Shown here one piece after another: positions 19,766 to 29,524 of a DNA stretch of 64,000 nt. A program made the position numbers and the translations under genes. The stretch is from an uncultured Candidatus Saccharibacteria bacterium. GTDB lineage: Bacteria > Patescibacteriota > Minisyncoccia > Phycocordibacterales > CAYRGE01. Position 1 is the stretch's first letter. Each line of letters opens with the position of its first letter. Under the pieces are notes generated by a model that saw only the letters and a list, made by a program, of their open reading frames with translations, ran no database searches and had not been told where the DNA came from. The stretch is taken from contig CAZTCT010000003.1 of NCBI GenBank assembly GCA_964612415.1, forward strand, positions 10,477 to 74,476. The letters run 5' to 3'.

Positions 19766-20470
19766 ATGAGACTTTCCCACGCCTCTATTTTCCAAAAATA
19801 TTTGTATTTTCTCGTCCACTTTAAAGGGTTATTAACGAATAGCTTTGCTAAAAAGTACTATGGGCAATGGGGAGAAGATGTAATTCTAATTGGGATGTTT
19901 CCAGACAAGAAAGATGGTTTCTATGTTGACGTTGGCGCATTCCATCCAATGCACTATTCAAATACATATCTACTCTACAAAAAAGGATGGCATGGTATTA
20001 ATATCGACCCAAATCCTTGGAGCATCCGCTTATTTAACCTACACAGAAGAAGAGACGTCAATCTAAATTATGGAGTCAATAAGGAGGCGTCCATACAGCC
20101 TTATTTTATTTTTAATCATCAAAGTTGCAATACATTTTCCGAGAAGCAAAAAGAAGAAATGCTCAAAAGACCATTTATGCGGTTAATAAAAGAGACAGAG
20201 GTTTCATGTCTGCCCCTTAGAACCATTCTCTCGGAACATGCGCAAGGGCGAGAGATTGACCTTCTTAATATTGACGTAGAGGGAATGAGCATGGAAGTGC
20301 TTCAATCATTCGACTGGGGAGGGAATAAACCAAAAGTGATTGCCATTGAAGATGACGATTTTGATCTTAAAAATAAAGAAGAAAGCCATGTCTTTGCATT
20401 CTTATCGGAACAAGGCTATGTATTCCATGTGCGTGTCGGAGTAACGTGCATATATAAGCGTAACTTCTGA
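19766..20470 (+). CDS. FkbM-family methyltransferase
   Basis: YYGQWGEDVILIGMFPDKKDGFYVDVGAFHP matches the FkbM domain core (GxxxEDxxL...FVDVGA). Confidence 0.6.
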   Translation: MRLSHASIFQKYLYFLVHFKGLLTNSFAKKYYGQWGEDVILIGMFPDKKDGFYVDVGAFHPMHYSNTYLLYKKGWHGINIDPNPWSIRLFNLHRRRDVNLNYGVNKEASIQPYFIFNHQSCNTFSEKQKEEMLKRPFMRLIKETEVSCLPLRTILSEHAQGREIDLLNIDVEGMSMEVLQSFDWGGNKPKVIAIEDDDFDLKNKEESHVFAFLSEQGYVFHVRVGVTCIYKRNF

Positions 20471-22125
20471 TGATTAAAGAAGCATCAAAAACTGTCGGTG
20501 TACTCAGTGAATATCTGGAAGAGGGGGATGTCGTCTTTTTTGGGTACAAAGGAGCTCCCCCAGATTTTTTGATAGAGAAAAAGATAGGAAGAGTCCGATT
20601 TTTTGTCAAAGAAAAGAAAATTTTTACAGATGACCCTAAAGATTTTTACATAGCTTCATATGTGGATATTTCTGAAATCCGAGATCAATATGCTGATGTT
20701 TATTTTTTGGACAAAGAGGCGACAAGAGTTCTTTTGACAGGTTTCCCAATTTCAGCACAGTATCTTTTGGTCCGGCTTACTCCACATTTTAGTTGGGGCA
20801 TAGCTTTTTTGGGGCTAGTGCGGCGCGTCTGGTTAAACCACGTCTCTTTTGAGGGGATTAGAAAGATTAAATCTGACGGGAAGAATCAATCATGGCTGGT
20901 ATTAAAACATAATCTAAAAGAGAATCTTTCACATTGTCTTTCGCTTGATGAGAGTATAGGGGTGCCGAATTTTTTTCGGTACTTAAGAGATAAAAAAGTC
21001 AACTATGTTGTTTTACGCTTTTTTGAGAGGTTGCCAGAATTATATCGGAAAGGGGGCGACTTGGATTTATTAGTCAAAGATGAAGATGAACCTATTGTGC
21101 GTGGCTTTCTTTTACAACATCGAGGTTCTACCCCTATTCATGTTTTTACACCCAATAAGACTGTTTCTAATGATATAACATATTACCCGCCGCCTATCGC
21201 ACAGCGCATAATTAAGAGCGGTGTTGCAGGGCCTGCGAATTCCAGAATCCCTTCTCCAAAAGAAGCTTTTTTGTCATTTGCATATCACGTGCTGTATCAC
21301 AAGGGTCTTTTGGCTGGAGTTCCAACAAAGACTTTGTTAAAGGTTAATGCTAGTCCTGACAATGATTACACGAAGGAGTTAAAAAGACTTGCAGATTTAT
21401 GCGGAGTGACAATTGAACCAATGACCATGGAGAACATCAGTAATATTTTAGAAAAGGAGGGATGGCAGCCAAAGCTAGATACACTTGCAAAAATATCAGA
21501 ACGAAACACATGGGTGCGCAAGTATTTTTTCAGTAATCAAAGTAAGAAGAAAAATGAGATGGGGTTAGGTGTATTTATTTTGAAAAAGCGAGCATTTATT
21601 CATGGGGTGTCAGAGGCTATATTAAAAGACATCGAATCGAATGGGAGATTTAGTGTTCTGTTTATAAAAAAATTTTCTCAGCAAGATATTCAGCGTGTCA
21701 CTGAACACTTGAGAGGAGGCGTATGGAGTAATGAGGTCGAGATGGGCGATGGACTTTCTCCAGCAATGGTAATTGTTGTGTTAGACACACATGTGGCACG
21801 CCTATCAAAATTCATAAAAAGCAGGGGAGTTCATCCTGGGGGGATTAAAGATCTCAAAAAAGTTCTAAGGGCCAAATTTGACACAACGAAAGAAAGTAGC
21901 ATGATTCATTCTACAGACAACACAAATGAGGCAAATGAGTATCTGCGGTGGTGTTTTTCTCCTGATGAGGTAGCGTGGATACAAGATAAACTAAACCATG
22001 AATATGGACGCCTCCAAGTTTCTGTGGTGGAAAAGTTTCAATATCTTGTGAAAAGTTCCATACTATTTTTCCCTGATCAAGTTAGGCATCTTAAAGAAAG
22101 GATAGTAAAATACCTTATCCAATGA
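20470..22125 (+). CDS. hypothetical protein (551 aa) in polysaccharide locus
   Basis: No confident family; central block NYVVLRFFERLPELYRKGGDLDLLVKDED...PIHVF could be a nucleotidyltransferase-like or phosphotransferase core (weak). Confidence 0.45.
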   Translation: MIKEASKTVGVLSEYLEEGDVVFFGYKGAPPDFLIEKKIGRVRFFVKEKKIFTDDPKDFYIASYVDISEIRDQYADVYFLDKEATRVLLTGFPISAQYLLVRLTPHFSWGIAFLGLVRRVWLNHVSFEGIRKIKSDGKNQSWLVLKHNLKENLSHCLSLDESIGVPNFFRYLRDKKVNYVVLRFFERLPELYRKGGDLDLLVKDEDEPIVRGFLLQHRGSTPIHVFTPNKTVSNDITYYPPPIAQRIIKSGVAGPANSRIPSPKEAFLSFAYHVLYHKGLLAGVPTKTLLKVNASPDNDYTKELKRLADLCGVTIEPMTMENISNILEKEGWQPKLDTLAKISERNTWVRKYFFSNQSKKKNEMGLGVFILKKRAFIHGVSEAILKDIESNGRFSVLFIKKFSQQDIQRVTEHLRGGVWSNEVEMGDGLSPAMVIVVLDTHVARLSKFIKSRGVHPGGIKDLKKVLRAKFDTTKESSMIHSTDNTNEANEYLRWCFSPDEVAWIQDKLNHEYGRLQVSVVEKFQYLVKSSILFFPDQVRHLKERIVKYLIQ

Positions 22126-22132
22126 GTTAATT

Positions 22133-22915
22133 TTGTGGAGATTTATGTTATTTACACGGAAAGACCCAGAACCAAAATTTGTGCAAAGTTCATACAACAC
22201 GTTTCTTAAAAAACTTCCCGGTAGCTATAGTGATTATCGATGGAGAAGGGATGCTGCTATGAGGTCCCATTTTCAACAAACCTTACGTAGCCTTGACTTT
22301 GTGGTGGCACGGTTAAATCTGAGCAAAGTCAATTCCCATATTCTTGAGGTTGGTGGAGGAGATGGCATGTGGGTGGAGCAAATTTGGGGTCCTCGCGTTG
22401 GTGCAATTGACTTTCTTGATATTTCAGAAGAAATGCTCGAGCAAGCAAAAGCTCGGCTTGCATCTTGTGGGCATATTTCTTATATTCATTCAGATTTTCT
22501 GGCATGGACAGCTCCAGTAGATAAGTATGATGTCGTGAGTATTATCCGGAACCTGGAATATATGGAGGATAAACATGCGGCCCTTATAAAAACTAAGCAA
22601 GTGCTCAAGCCGGGCGGAACATTAGTGCTCATTACAAAAAATCCTGAAAGCGATTTTTTGGGTTATTACAAAAAGCACAAATTGCATGCAGGCAGAATTT
22701 CAATAAAAGAGCTTCGGGCACTTCTTATCAGTGCAGGGTTTTCTGATGTTTATATTTACCCTGCTATCATTGGGAAGAAATTGCAGTACTCATTTTCCCG
22801 GTTTATCTGGCAGGGCATTCAATGGGTGTTACTTCGTGCGCCAAAATTAGTTTCGTTGCCATGGTTCTCCCGTATTTTTGCTGAAAGTTTTTTGATTACA
22901 GCCCGAAAGCCCTAA
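22133..22915 (+). CDS. class I SAM-dependent methyltransferase
   Basis: Motif I ILEVGGGDGMWVEQIW; LKPGGTLVLITKNPES. Confidence 0.7.
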   Translation: MWRFMLFTRKDPEPKFVQSSYNTFLKKLPGSYSDYRWRRDAAMRSHFQQTLRSLDFVVARLNLSKVNSHILEVGGGDGMWVEQIWGPRVGAIDFLDISEEMLEQAKARLASCGHISYIHSDFLAWTAPVDKYDVVSIIRNLEYMEDKHAALIKTKQVLKPGGTLVLITKNPESDFLGYYKKHKLHAGRISIKELRALLISAGFSDVYIYPAIIGKKLQYSFSRFIWQGIQWVLLRAPKLVSLPWFSRIFAESFLITARKP

Positions 22916-23031
22916 ACCCTCTAGTGTTTTCTTGGTATAGCGAATTGCTCTGGGAACGGTGGTTTATCTTCCATCAAAGAAAAAACCAGGATTTCCTAGG
23001 CATGCAATTTTGCCTGTGTTATAGTGGGCCC

Positions 23032-25200
23032 ATGAAAATAGAGAATATCCTACGCTCTGTCGTCCTTGGAGGGGCGTTCCTCGTTTTGCTCACACCACTT
23101 ATTGTGGTTGGGGACATGTTCTTTCCGTATATTACAGGGAAGGCATTTTACTTTAGAATCGTCGTGGAGATTATGGCCGCTGCTTGGCTTGGGCTTCTCT
23201 ACATTAACCCTATTTATCGCCCCAAAAAATCGCTTATCATCGCACTTGTAGGCGTGTTCCTAGCCATTATCGCTCTTGCTGACATTTTTGGCACAAATAC
23301 CTTTGCAAGTCTTTGGAGTAATTATGAGCGCATGGAAGGATTCGTGGGGCTTGCGCATGTGGCGCTATATTTTGTAATCATCGCCACAACTCTTTCAACG
23401 GAGAAACTTTGGGAGAGATTTTTCCAGGCGTCCATCCTAGTCGGTGTGATTGTGAATTTCATGGCGCTCAAAGAATTTGCTACTGCGGAGGGGGCGGTTC
23501 GTCTTGCGGCAAGTCTTGGAAATCCGACATACTTGGCCGTATACACACTAGTCCACGCCTTCCTTGCAGCGTTTCTTCTGGTCCGTACGTCTATAAAATG
23601 GGAGAAAGTAGGATACGTGATGATAGGGTTGTTGAATGTTTTTGTTCTGTACTATACAGCAACCCGAGGAGCGCTACTCGGACTTATTGCGGGGGTGATG
23701 CTCGCGGCAATTCTCATTGCGTTTTTTGGTAAATCAAAGCACCCGCAGGCGTGGAAATTTTCAGTCGGAGCGATTGCTACTATCGTAATACTAATTGGCG
23801 GTTTCTTGAGTATTAAGAACACCGAGTTTGTACAAAATAGCCCAGTATTGTCACGCTTCGCCTCTATTTCTCTTGAAGAACAGACGACGCGTTCGCGATT
23901 CATGGTGTGGAATATGGCCTGGCAAGGATTTAAGGAACGACCTGTACTTGGATGGGGGCAGGAGAATTTCCTTGAAGTGTTCAATAAGTACTACAACCCA
24001 AAGATGTATAATCAGGAGCCATGGTTTGATCGGGCGCACAATGTCTTCTTTGATTGGCTTGTCGCCGGAGGATTCCTCGGGCTTTTGGGGTATCTCGCGC
24101 TTTTTGCTGCTGCAGCTTTTGTTTTGTGGCGCAGAACCTCTTTCTCCGTTGTGGAGAAAAGCATTCTAACAGGACTTTTTGGGGGATATTTCGTGCACAA
24201 CTTGTTTGTTTTTGACCATCTTGTGAGCTACATTCTTTTCTTTGGGTTGCTCGGGTTTCTTGCTCACCATGAGCGCACGGACTACATCAAGGAGCACAAA
24301 GGGAGTAAGTATAAAAATCCAGCGCATGTATCTCTTGTAGTTTCCGTAATTGTTATCGTTGTGATAGTTGGCGGGTATCTACTGAACCAGAGGGGGCTTA
24401 TCGGGAATATCACCCTCCTTAAAGGATTGAAATATCAATCTCAGCAGAATTGGGAGAATAGCCTAAACTCCTTTAAGAGCGCTATAAAAGATACCAGTAG
24501 GGGATTGGGGGAGGTTGAAGTTCGAGAACACTTAACAAGGGCGACTATTGGGGCGCTCTCTAGTACACCTCCGGCCTCACAAGAGATTCAAAATGAAATG
24601 GTGTCCTTAACTCTAGATGAATTAAAAAAGGAGACGGAAAGGATGCCCAATAACATCATGCCCCATCTTTTCTTGGGAACTTTTTTGCAGCAGATAGGGA
24701 AAGTTGACGATGGGATTGTGGAGCTCAAAAAAGCCCAAGAGCTTTCACCCAGAAAACAGGACATTCTCTTGCAACTTGGGTCTGCTTATTTAGACAAAGC
24801 AGATTACTCAACAGCCCTAGATTTATTTAAAGAAGCATATGAGCTTGAACCTGCGTATTCACAAGCTCAAAAAGGGTACGCGGTTGCTGCTATTTATGCC
24901 GGAAAGGAACAAATAGCAAAGGATCTTTACGGAGGAGAGTTGCCAGCAGAGCCTAGTTTTGCTGATGCCTATGTCACAAAGAAACAGTACGGAAAAGCGG
25001 TAAGTCTCTGGGAAAAAATTGTCCAAGAGAATCCGGATAATTATCAGTACAGGCTTTATCTAGGAGCAAATTACCTTACTATCGGGCGTTCGGATTTAGC
25101 TATGCAGCAACTTGATAAAGCTGCTGAAATAAACCCGGAGGTCAAAGATCAAGTGGAGTATTATCTCCAGCAAATTAAATCTGGGAATGTCACGTTTTAA
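23032..25200 (+). CDS. O-antigen ligase/Wzy-like membrane protein with C-terminal TPR repeats
   Basis: Probable start ATG 23032 (MKIENIL); ~10 TM N-terminal region with Wzy_C-like ...HNVFFDWLVAGGFLGLLGYLALFAAAAFVL; C-term TPR-like AYLDKADYSTALDLFKEAYELEPAYSQ. Confidence 0.7.
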   Translation: MKIENILRSVVLGGAFLVLLTPLIVVGDMFFPYITGKAFYFRIVVEIMAAAWLGLLYINPIYRPKKSLIIALVGVFLAIIALADIFGTNTFASLWSNYERMEGFVGLAHVALYFVIIATTLSTEKLWERFFQASILVGVIVNFMALKEFATAEGAVRLAASLGNPTYLAVYTLVHAFLAAFLLVRTSIKWEKVGYVMIGLLNVFVLYYTATRGALLGLIAGVMLAAILIAFFGKSKHPQAWKFSVGAIATIVILIGGFLSIKNTEFVQNSPVLSRFASISLEEQTTRSRFMVWNMAWQGFKERPVLGWGQENFLEVFNKYYNPKMYNQEPWFDRAHNVFFDWLVAGGFLGLLGYLALFAAAAFVLWRRTSFSVVEKSILTGLFGGYFVHNLFVFDHLVSYILFFGLLGFLAHHERTDYIKEHKGSKYKNPAHVSLVVSVIVIVVIVGGYLLNQRGLIGNITLLKGLKYQSQQNWENSLNSFKSAIKDTSRGLGEVEVREHLTRATIGALSSTPPASQEIQNEMVSLTLDELKKETERMPNNIMPHLFLGTFLQQIGKVDDGIVELKKAQELSPRKQDILLQLGSAYLDKADYSTALDLFKEAYELEPAYSQAQKGYAVAAIYAGKEQIAKDLYGGELPAEPSFADAYVTKKQYGKAVSLWEKIVQENPDNYQYRLYLGANYLTIGRSDLAMQQLDKAAEINPEVKDQVEYYLQQIKSGNVTF

Positions 25201-25215
25201 TGCAAGGGTAAAAAT

Positions 25216-25247
25216 GGGGCAGCCATCTGGCTGCCCCATTTTTTTTA
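25216..25247 (+). terminator. intrinsic terminator (GGGGCAGCC-ATCT-GGCTGCCCC + T9)
   Basis: Perfect 9-bp GC-rich stem at 25216-25237 followed by TTTTTTTTT. Confidence 0.8.
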
Positions 25248-25260
25248 TCCCCCAAAGCGG

Positions 25261-25266
25261 TACAAT
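25261..25266 (+). promoter_or_regulatory. -10 box TACAAT 6 nt upstream of murB ATG (leaderless-type)
   Basis: TACAAT at 25261-25266, ATG at 25273. Confidence 0.4.
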
Positions 25267-25272
25267 ATCAAA

Positions 25273-26298
25273 ATGAATCTCGAGGAACAGGTACCCCTAA
25301 AGAGTCTTACCACTATGCGTACTGGGGGATCTGCGCAGTTTGTGGCGCACATTACTTCTGTTCAAGATATTGAGGATGCTTTAAAGTTTGCAGACTCTAA
25401 GCAGATCCCCACAATGATCATTGGGGGAGGGTCTAATATGGTTGCTCCTGATCATGGGTTTGCGGGGGTTGTTCTTCTGATGAAAAGTAAAGGGATCACT
25501 TTTGAAGAAAAAGGGAATGATGTGGTCCGCGTTGTTGTTGCCGCCGGGGAAAGCTGGGACACATTGGTTTCAGAAACAACAAAGAGAGAGTTTTATGGGC
25601 TTGAAAATCTTTCGTACATTCCAGGAACAGTAGGAGGTGCCTGTGTGCAAAATATTGGTGCCTATGGATCAGAGATCAAAGATGCTATTGAATCTGTTGA
25701 AGTCTTTGATCGCAGCACCTTTAAAGTCCACGTGTTTACCAAAGACGAGTGCCATTTTGGCTACAGGGATAGTATTTTTAAACATCAAGATGGGAAAAAT
25801 TTTATCGTCACGGGGGCATCCTTTTTGCTCTCAAAAAAACCTTACCAAAATCTTTCGTATAAAGCGCTCAGTGATTATTTAACCCAGCATGCTATAAGTG
25901 AACCATCCGCAATAGAGATTCGAAACGCGGTTATTGCTATTCGAAAAGAGAAACTCCCTGAAATAACCGACGTAGGAACGGCTGGGTCATTCTTTAAAAA
26001 CCCTATTATCGATACGTCTGTAGCTGACGCACTTAAGGCGCAATTTCCACAACTTCCACTTATTCCTTTAAAGGGTGGGATGGTAAAAGTACCTGCCGCA
26101 TGGCTCATAGAAAATATTGGGGGATGGAAGTCTTATAGAAAAGGAAATGCTGGTGTGTATGAAAAGCATGCTCTTGTCTTGGTAAATTATAAAGATGCAA
26201 GTGCAAAAGACATTATCTCAATTGCAATTCAAATCGAAGAAAGTGTTTTCAGAAAAACAGGAATTCGTTTGGAAAGAGAAGTAATTGTGTGGGATTAG
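25273..26298 (+). CDS. murB: UDP-N-acetylenolpyruvoylglucosamine reductase
   Basis: FAD-binding N-term LKSLTTMRTGGSAQFVAHITSVQDIEDALKFA...IIGGGSNMV; C-terminal MurB domain. Confidence 0.85.
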   Translation: MNLEEQVPLKSLTTMRTGGSAQFVAHITSVQDIEDALKFADSKQIPTMIIGGGSNMVAPDHGFAGVVLLMKSKGITFEEKGNDVVRVVVAAGESWDTLVSETTKREFYGLENLSYIPGTVGGACVQNIGAYGSEIKDAIESVEVFDRSTFKVHVFTKDECHFGYRDSIFKHQDGKNFIVTGASFLLSKKPYQNLSYKALSDYLTQHAISEPSAIEIRNAVIAIRKEKLPEITDVGTAGSFFKNPIIDTSVADALKAQFPQLPLIPLKGGMVKVPAAWLIENIGGWKSYRKGNAGVYEKHALVLVNYKDASAKDIISIAIQIEESVFRKTGIRLEREVIVWD

Positions 26299-26557
26299 CA
26301 GAAAATATTTTAAAAAGTGTTTTTTGGTTATCCACAATTTGTGTACAAAATGTATTGTGTTTGTTTTTAGATGTACGATAATAAATATTAGAAATGTTTG
26401 TGTTCTTTGTTTTTGTACGCACAGACATTTTTACAAACAGCACTCGTTGTCTGTTGTTGCCAATCGTTTGTTTGAGTGAAGCTAATATTCCTCACTACAA
26501 ACCTGGACAACGGTCGATATTGCAAGATAATTTTTTTGGTTATACCAAAGCGATATC

Positions 26558-26677
26558 ATGGCAGCAAAAAAGAAAGCTCGCAAGACGAAGAAGAAGGCTA
26601 CCCGCAAAACAACCAAGCGCAAGACAACCAAGCGCAAGACAACCAAGCGCAAGGCTTCGCGAAGGAAGAAGAGGTAA
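26558..26677 (+). CDS. small Lys/Arg-rich basic protein (39 aa) containing a 3x 'TTKRK' tandem repeat
   Basis: ATG 26558 ... TAA 26675-26677: MAAKKKARKTKKKATRKTTKRKTTKRKTTKRKASRRKKR; followed within 20 nt by a strong intrinsic terminator; not in the >=60 aa ORF track. Confidence 0.45.
   Translation: MAAKKKARKTKKKATRKTTKRKTTKRKTTKRKASRRKKR
26609..26653 (+). repeat. perfect 15-nt tandem repeat x3 (ACAACCAAGCGCAAG)
   Basis: Three exact head-to-tail copies at 26609-26623, 26624-26638 and 26639-26653; in-frame within the small basic ORF. Confidence 0.9.
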
Positions 26678-26694
26678 TCTTCTCCCACTTCACT

Positions 26695-26727
26695 AAAATC
26701 CCCCGGTATCGGGGGATTTTAGTTTTT
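26695..26727 (+). terminator. intrinsic terminator (AAAATCCCCC-ggtatc-GGGGGATTTT + T-tract)
   Basis: 10-bp stem 26695-26704 / 26711-26720, followed by AGTTTTT. Confidence 0.85.
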
Positions 26728-26728
26728 A

Positions 26729-26737
26729 TGCTACAAT
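26729..26737 (+). promoter_or_regulatory. extended -10 box TGcTACAAT, 8 nt upstream of secA ATG (leaderless-type)
   Basis: TGCTACAAT 26729-26737; secA ATG at 26746. Confidence 0.4.
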
Positions 26738-26745
26738 ACGTGCCT

Positions 26746-29229
26746 ATGAAATTCCTGGAGCGCATGTTTGGTTCTCCTGGGGGGCAGGCAAGTAAATTTC
26801 TCCCTATAGTAGAGCGTATAAACGCCCTTGAAGCCGAAATGGAGGCTCTTCCGGCGGAGGGGCTTATTGCCAAGACCACTGAGTTTAAGCAGCGGCTCGC
26901 TGGGGGTGAGGCGCTTGATGATATTTTGCCAGAGAGCTTTGCGGTGGTTCGTGAAGCATCGAAAAGAACTCTGGGACAACGGCATTACGATGTGCAGCTT
27001 CTTGGCGGGATTGTTTTGCACAAAGGGGGTATTGCTGAGATGATGACGGGTGAAGGGAAAACACTTGTAGCAACACTCCCTGCGTATCTCAATGCACTTG
27101 CAGGCAATGGCGTTCATGTCGTCACCGTGAACGATTATCTTTCTCGTCGTGATGCTGTGTGGATGGGGCAGATCTACTCTGCGCTTGGGCTCAGTGTGGG
27201 TGTCATCAACGGGAATAACGCCTCGTATCTTTATGACCCAGGGCATACTGACGCGGATAAGCAGCGCGATGAGTTAGGAGGATTTAAAGTGCAGTATGAA
27301 TTCTTGCGCCCGTCGACCAGAAAGGAATCTTACGCCGCTGACATTACCTATGGAACCAATAATGAGTTTGGTTTTGATTATTTGCGTGACAATATTGCGT
27401 ACTCTGGAGAGGCTCTTGCACAAAGAGGACACCACTATGCCATTATTGACGAGATAGACTCTATTTTAATTGATGAGGCGCGTACCCCGCTTATTATTTC
27501 TGCTCCAGCAGAAGAGTCTGGGGATTTGTATACAACCTTCGCCCGCATTGTGATGTCGCTCAAAGAGGAGACAGACTATACCGTCGACGAGAAACTAAAA
27601 GCAATTTCTTTGACAGATGAAGGGATTACCAATGCCGAGAAAGCTCTTGGGATAGATGATATTTATACAGAAAAAGGCATTAAATATGTACATCATCTTG
27701 AGACCGCTGTGAAAGCGAAGGCGCTTTTCAAGAAGGATAAAGAGTATGTGGTAAGGGATGGTGAGATCGTTATTGTAGACGAGTTTACTGGACGCCTCCA
27801 GCCAGGACGCCGATGGTCTGAAGGCTTACATCAAGCAATTGAGGCAAAGGAAGGGGTTCCAATTCAAAAAGAATCCCGTACTATTGCGTCAATTACATTC
27901 CAAAACCTTTTTAAAGGGTATGAGAAAATTGCAGGAATGACTGGTACAGGTATGACTTCTCACGAAGAATTCTTCAGTGTCTACAGTCTTGAGGTTACCC
28001 CGATTCCGACCCATCGTCCGCCGGCGCGCCTTGATAGAAACGATCTTATTTTCCAAACCACACAAGGGAAGTTCAAGGCGATTGCAAAAAAAGTTAAAGA
28101 GGTTCACGAAAAAGGGCAGCCGGTACTCATCGGAACTGTCTCCATTGATACCAATGAACTTCTTTCAGCATATCTACAAAAAGAAGGTATTCCACACGAA
28201 ATTCTTAACGCAAAAAATCATGAGCGGGAAGGAGAGATTATCGCACAAGCTGGGACTAAGGGTAAAGTTACGATTGCAACGAACATGGCTGGGCGCGGAG
28301 TCGATATTAAACTTGGAGGGAACCCTGCGACCGATGAGCAGTACAACGAGGTCAAGGGAATCGGAGGTCTTTTTGTGCTTGGTACAGAGCGCCACGAAGC
28401 ACGGCGCATTGATAATCAGCTGCGCGGTCGTTCGGGTCGCCAAGGAGATCCAGGAGAGACACAATTTTTTGTTTCTTTGGAGGACAGTCTCATGAGGGTC
28501 TTTGCTTCAGATACTATCAAAAAAATGATGGGTACTTTTGGTATCCCTGAAGATGAGCCAATTGAGAATCGTATTATCACCCGTTCGCTTGAGAAAGCGC
28601 AGGAGAAGATTGAAGGGTTTTATTTTGACGCACGAAAACATGTCTTTGAGTACGACAATGTTATGAATCAACAGCGTGACTATGTATACTCTCGCAGACG
28701 CGGCCTCCTCCTTGGAGACAAAGAGGTTATAAATGAGTTTATGGGTGAGATAATCGCCGATCACCCTAACACTGAGGCCATTCTCGAAGAAAAGAAAAAG
28801 GTTCTCGGGGACGAAGCATATTATGAATCTGTGCGAAGACTTTCGCTGCAGGCGATTGATCTCTACTGGATGCAGCATCTCGAAGACATGAATTATTTGC
28901 GAAATAGCGTAGGCTTACGTGCCTATGGGCAACGCGATCCTCTCGTAGAATACAAAAAAGAGGGCCTACGATTATTCAAAGAAATGCAGGGTGCTATCAA
29001 AGGGCACATTGCATCGCTTGCAGGCAATCTCTCAGCAGGGGCATTCTCAAAAGAGCAAGAAGAGGCGAAGAAGCTTTATGAATCAGCGCAAGCAAGCGGA
29101 GGGGAAGACGAGAAGAAGCAACCAACTAAAAGCGCCGAGCCCAAAAAAGAAGATGGGAGCAAAGTCGGACGCAATGACCCATGTCCATGTGGGAGCGGTA
29201 AGAAATATAAAAAGTGCCATGGACAATAA
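26746..29229 (+). CDS. secA: preprotein translocase ATPase SecA
   Basis: MKFLERMFG start; Walker A MMTGEGKTLVATLP; DEAD-like IIDEIDSILIDEARTPLIIS; C-terminal zinc tail CPCGSGKKYKKCHG. Confidence 0.9.
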   Translation: MKFLERMFGSPGGQASKFLPIVERINALEAEMEALPAEGLIAKTTEFKQRLAGGEALDDILPESFAVVREASKRTLGQRHYDVQLLGGIVLHKGGIAEMMTGEGKTLVATLPAYLNALAGNGVHVVTVNDYLSRRDAVWMGQIYSALGLSVGVINGNNASYLYDPGHTDADKQRDELGGFKVQYEFLRPSTRKESYAADITYGTNNEFGFDYLRDNIAYSGEALAQRGHHYAIIDEIDSILIDEARTPLIISAPAEESGDLYTTFARIVMSLKEETDYTVDEKLKAISLTDEGITNAEKALGIDDIYTEKGIKYVHHLETAVKAKALFKKDKEYVVRDGEIVIVDEFTGRLQPGRRWSEGLHQAIEAKEGVPIQKESRTIASITFQNLFKGYEKIAGMTGTGMTSHEEFFSVYSLEVTPIPTHRPPARLDRNDLIFQTTQGKFKAIAKKVKEVHEKGQPVLIGTVSIDTNELLSAYLQKEGIPHEILNAKNHEREGEIIAQAGTKGKVTIATNMAGRGVDIKLGGNPATDEQYNEVKGIGGLFVLGTERHEARRIDNQLRGRSGRQGDPGETQFFVSLEDSLMRVFASDTIKKMMGTFGIPEDEPIENRIITRSLEKAQEKIEGFYFDARKHVFEYDNVMNQQRDYVYSRRRGLLLGDKEVINEFMGEIIADHPNTEAILEEKKKVLGDEAYYESVRRLSLQAIDLYWMQHLEDMNYLRNSVGLRAYGQRDPLVEYKKEGLRLFKEMQGAIKGHIASLAGNLSAGAFSKEQEEAKKLYESAQASGGEDEKKQPTKSAEPKKEDGSKVGRNDPCPCGSGKKYKKCHGQ

Positions 29230-29434
29230 AGTACCACTGGGCAGGTACCGGCATTATAAAGGGAGAGAATACGAAGTTATTGGAGTTGCAAAACATAGTG
29301 AGACCGAAGAGGAACTAGTGGTTTATCGAGCACTTTATGGGCAAGGAAGTCTCTGGGTGCGTCCTCTCAAAATGTTCATCGAAACTCTTGAGATTGACGG
29401 GAGGCCTGTCAAAAGGTTTGAATATCTTGGGTAA
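29219..29434 (+). CDS. DUF1653 (YodC-like) small protein
   Basis: MDNKVPLGRYRHYKGREYEVIGVAKHSETEEELVVYRALYG matches the DUF1653 consensus; overlaps secA 3' end by 11 nt. Confidence 0.6.
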   Translation: MDNKVPLGRYRHYKGREYEVIGVAKHSETEEELVVYRALYGQGSLWVRPLKMFIETLEIDGRPVKRFEYLG

Positions 29435-29490
29435 AGGTATTTAAAGAGAAGAAAAGCAAAACCCTCGCATGATTTTCTAGAAGTCCCCCG

Positions 29491-29499
29491 TGCTATAAT
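29491..29499 (+). promoter_or_regulatory. extended -10 promoter element TGCTATAAT
   Basis: TGCTATAAT 29491-29499; downstream RBS AAGAGGA (29514-29520) and ATG 29525. Confidence 0.45.
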
Positions 29500-29524
29500 T
29501 GTCTAAAGAGGAACTTAAGAGGAT

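Noticed and set aside
26609-26653. CRISPR array or coding-repeat candidate
   Set aside because: Only three directly abutting 15-nt units with no spacers. It is not CRISPR. It is a simple tandem repeat inside a small basic ORF.
26731-29000. Multiple 60-170 aa ORFs in other frames/strands across secA (e.g. 26731-27246 -, 27977-28495 +, 28507-28878 -)
   Set aside because: All are embedded within the well-supported secA frame and lack motifs. They are spurious.
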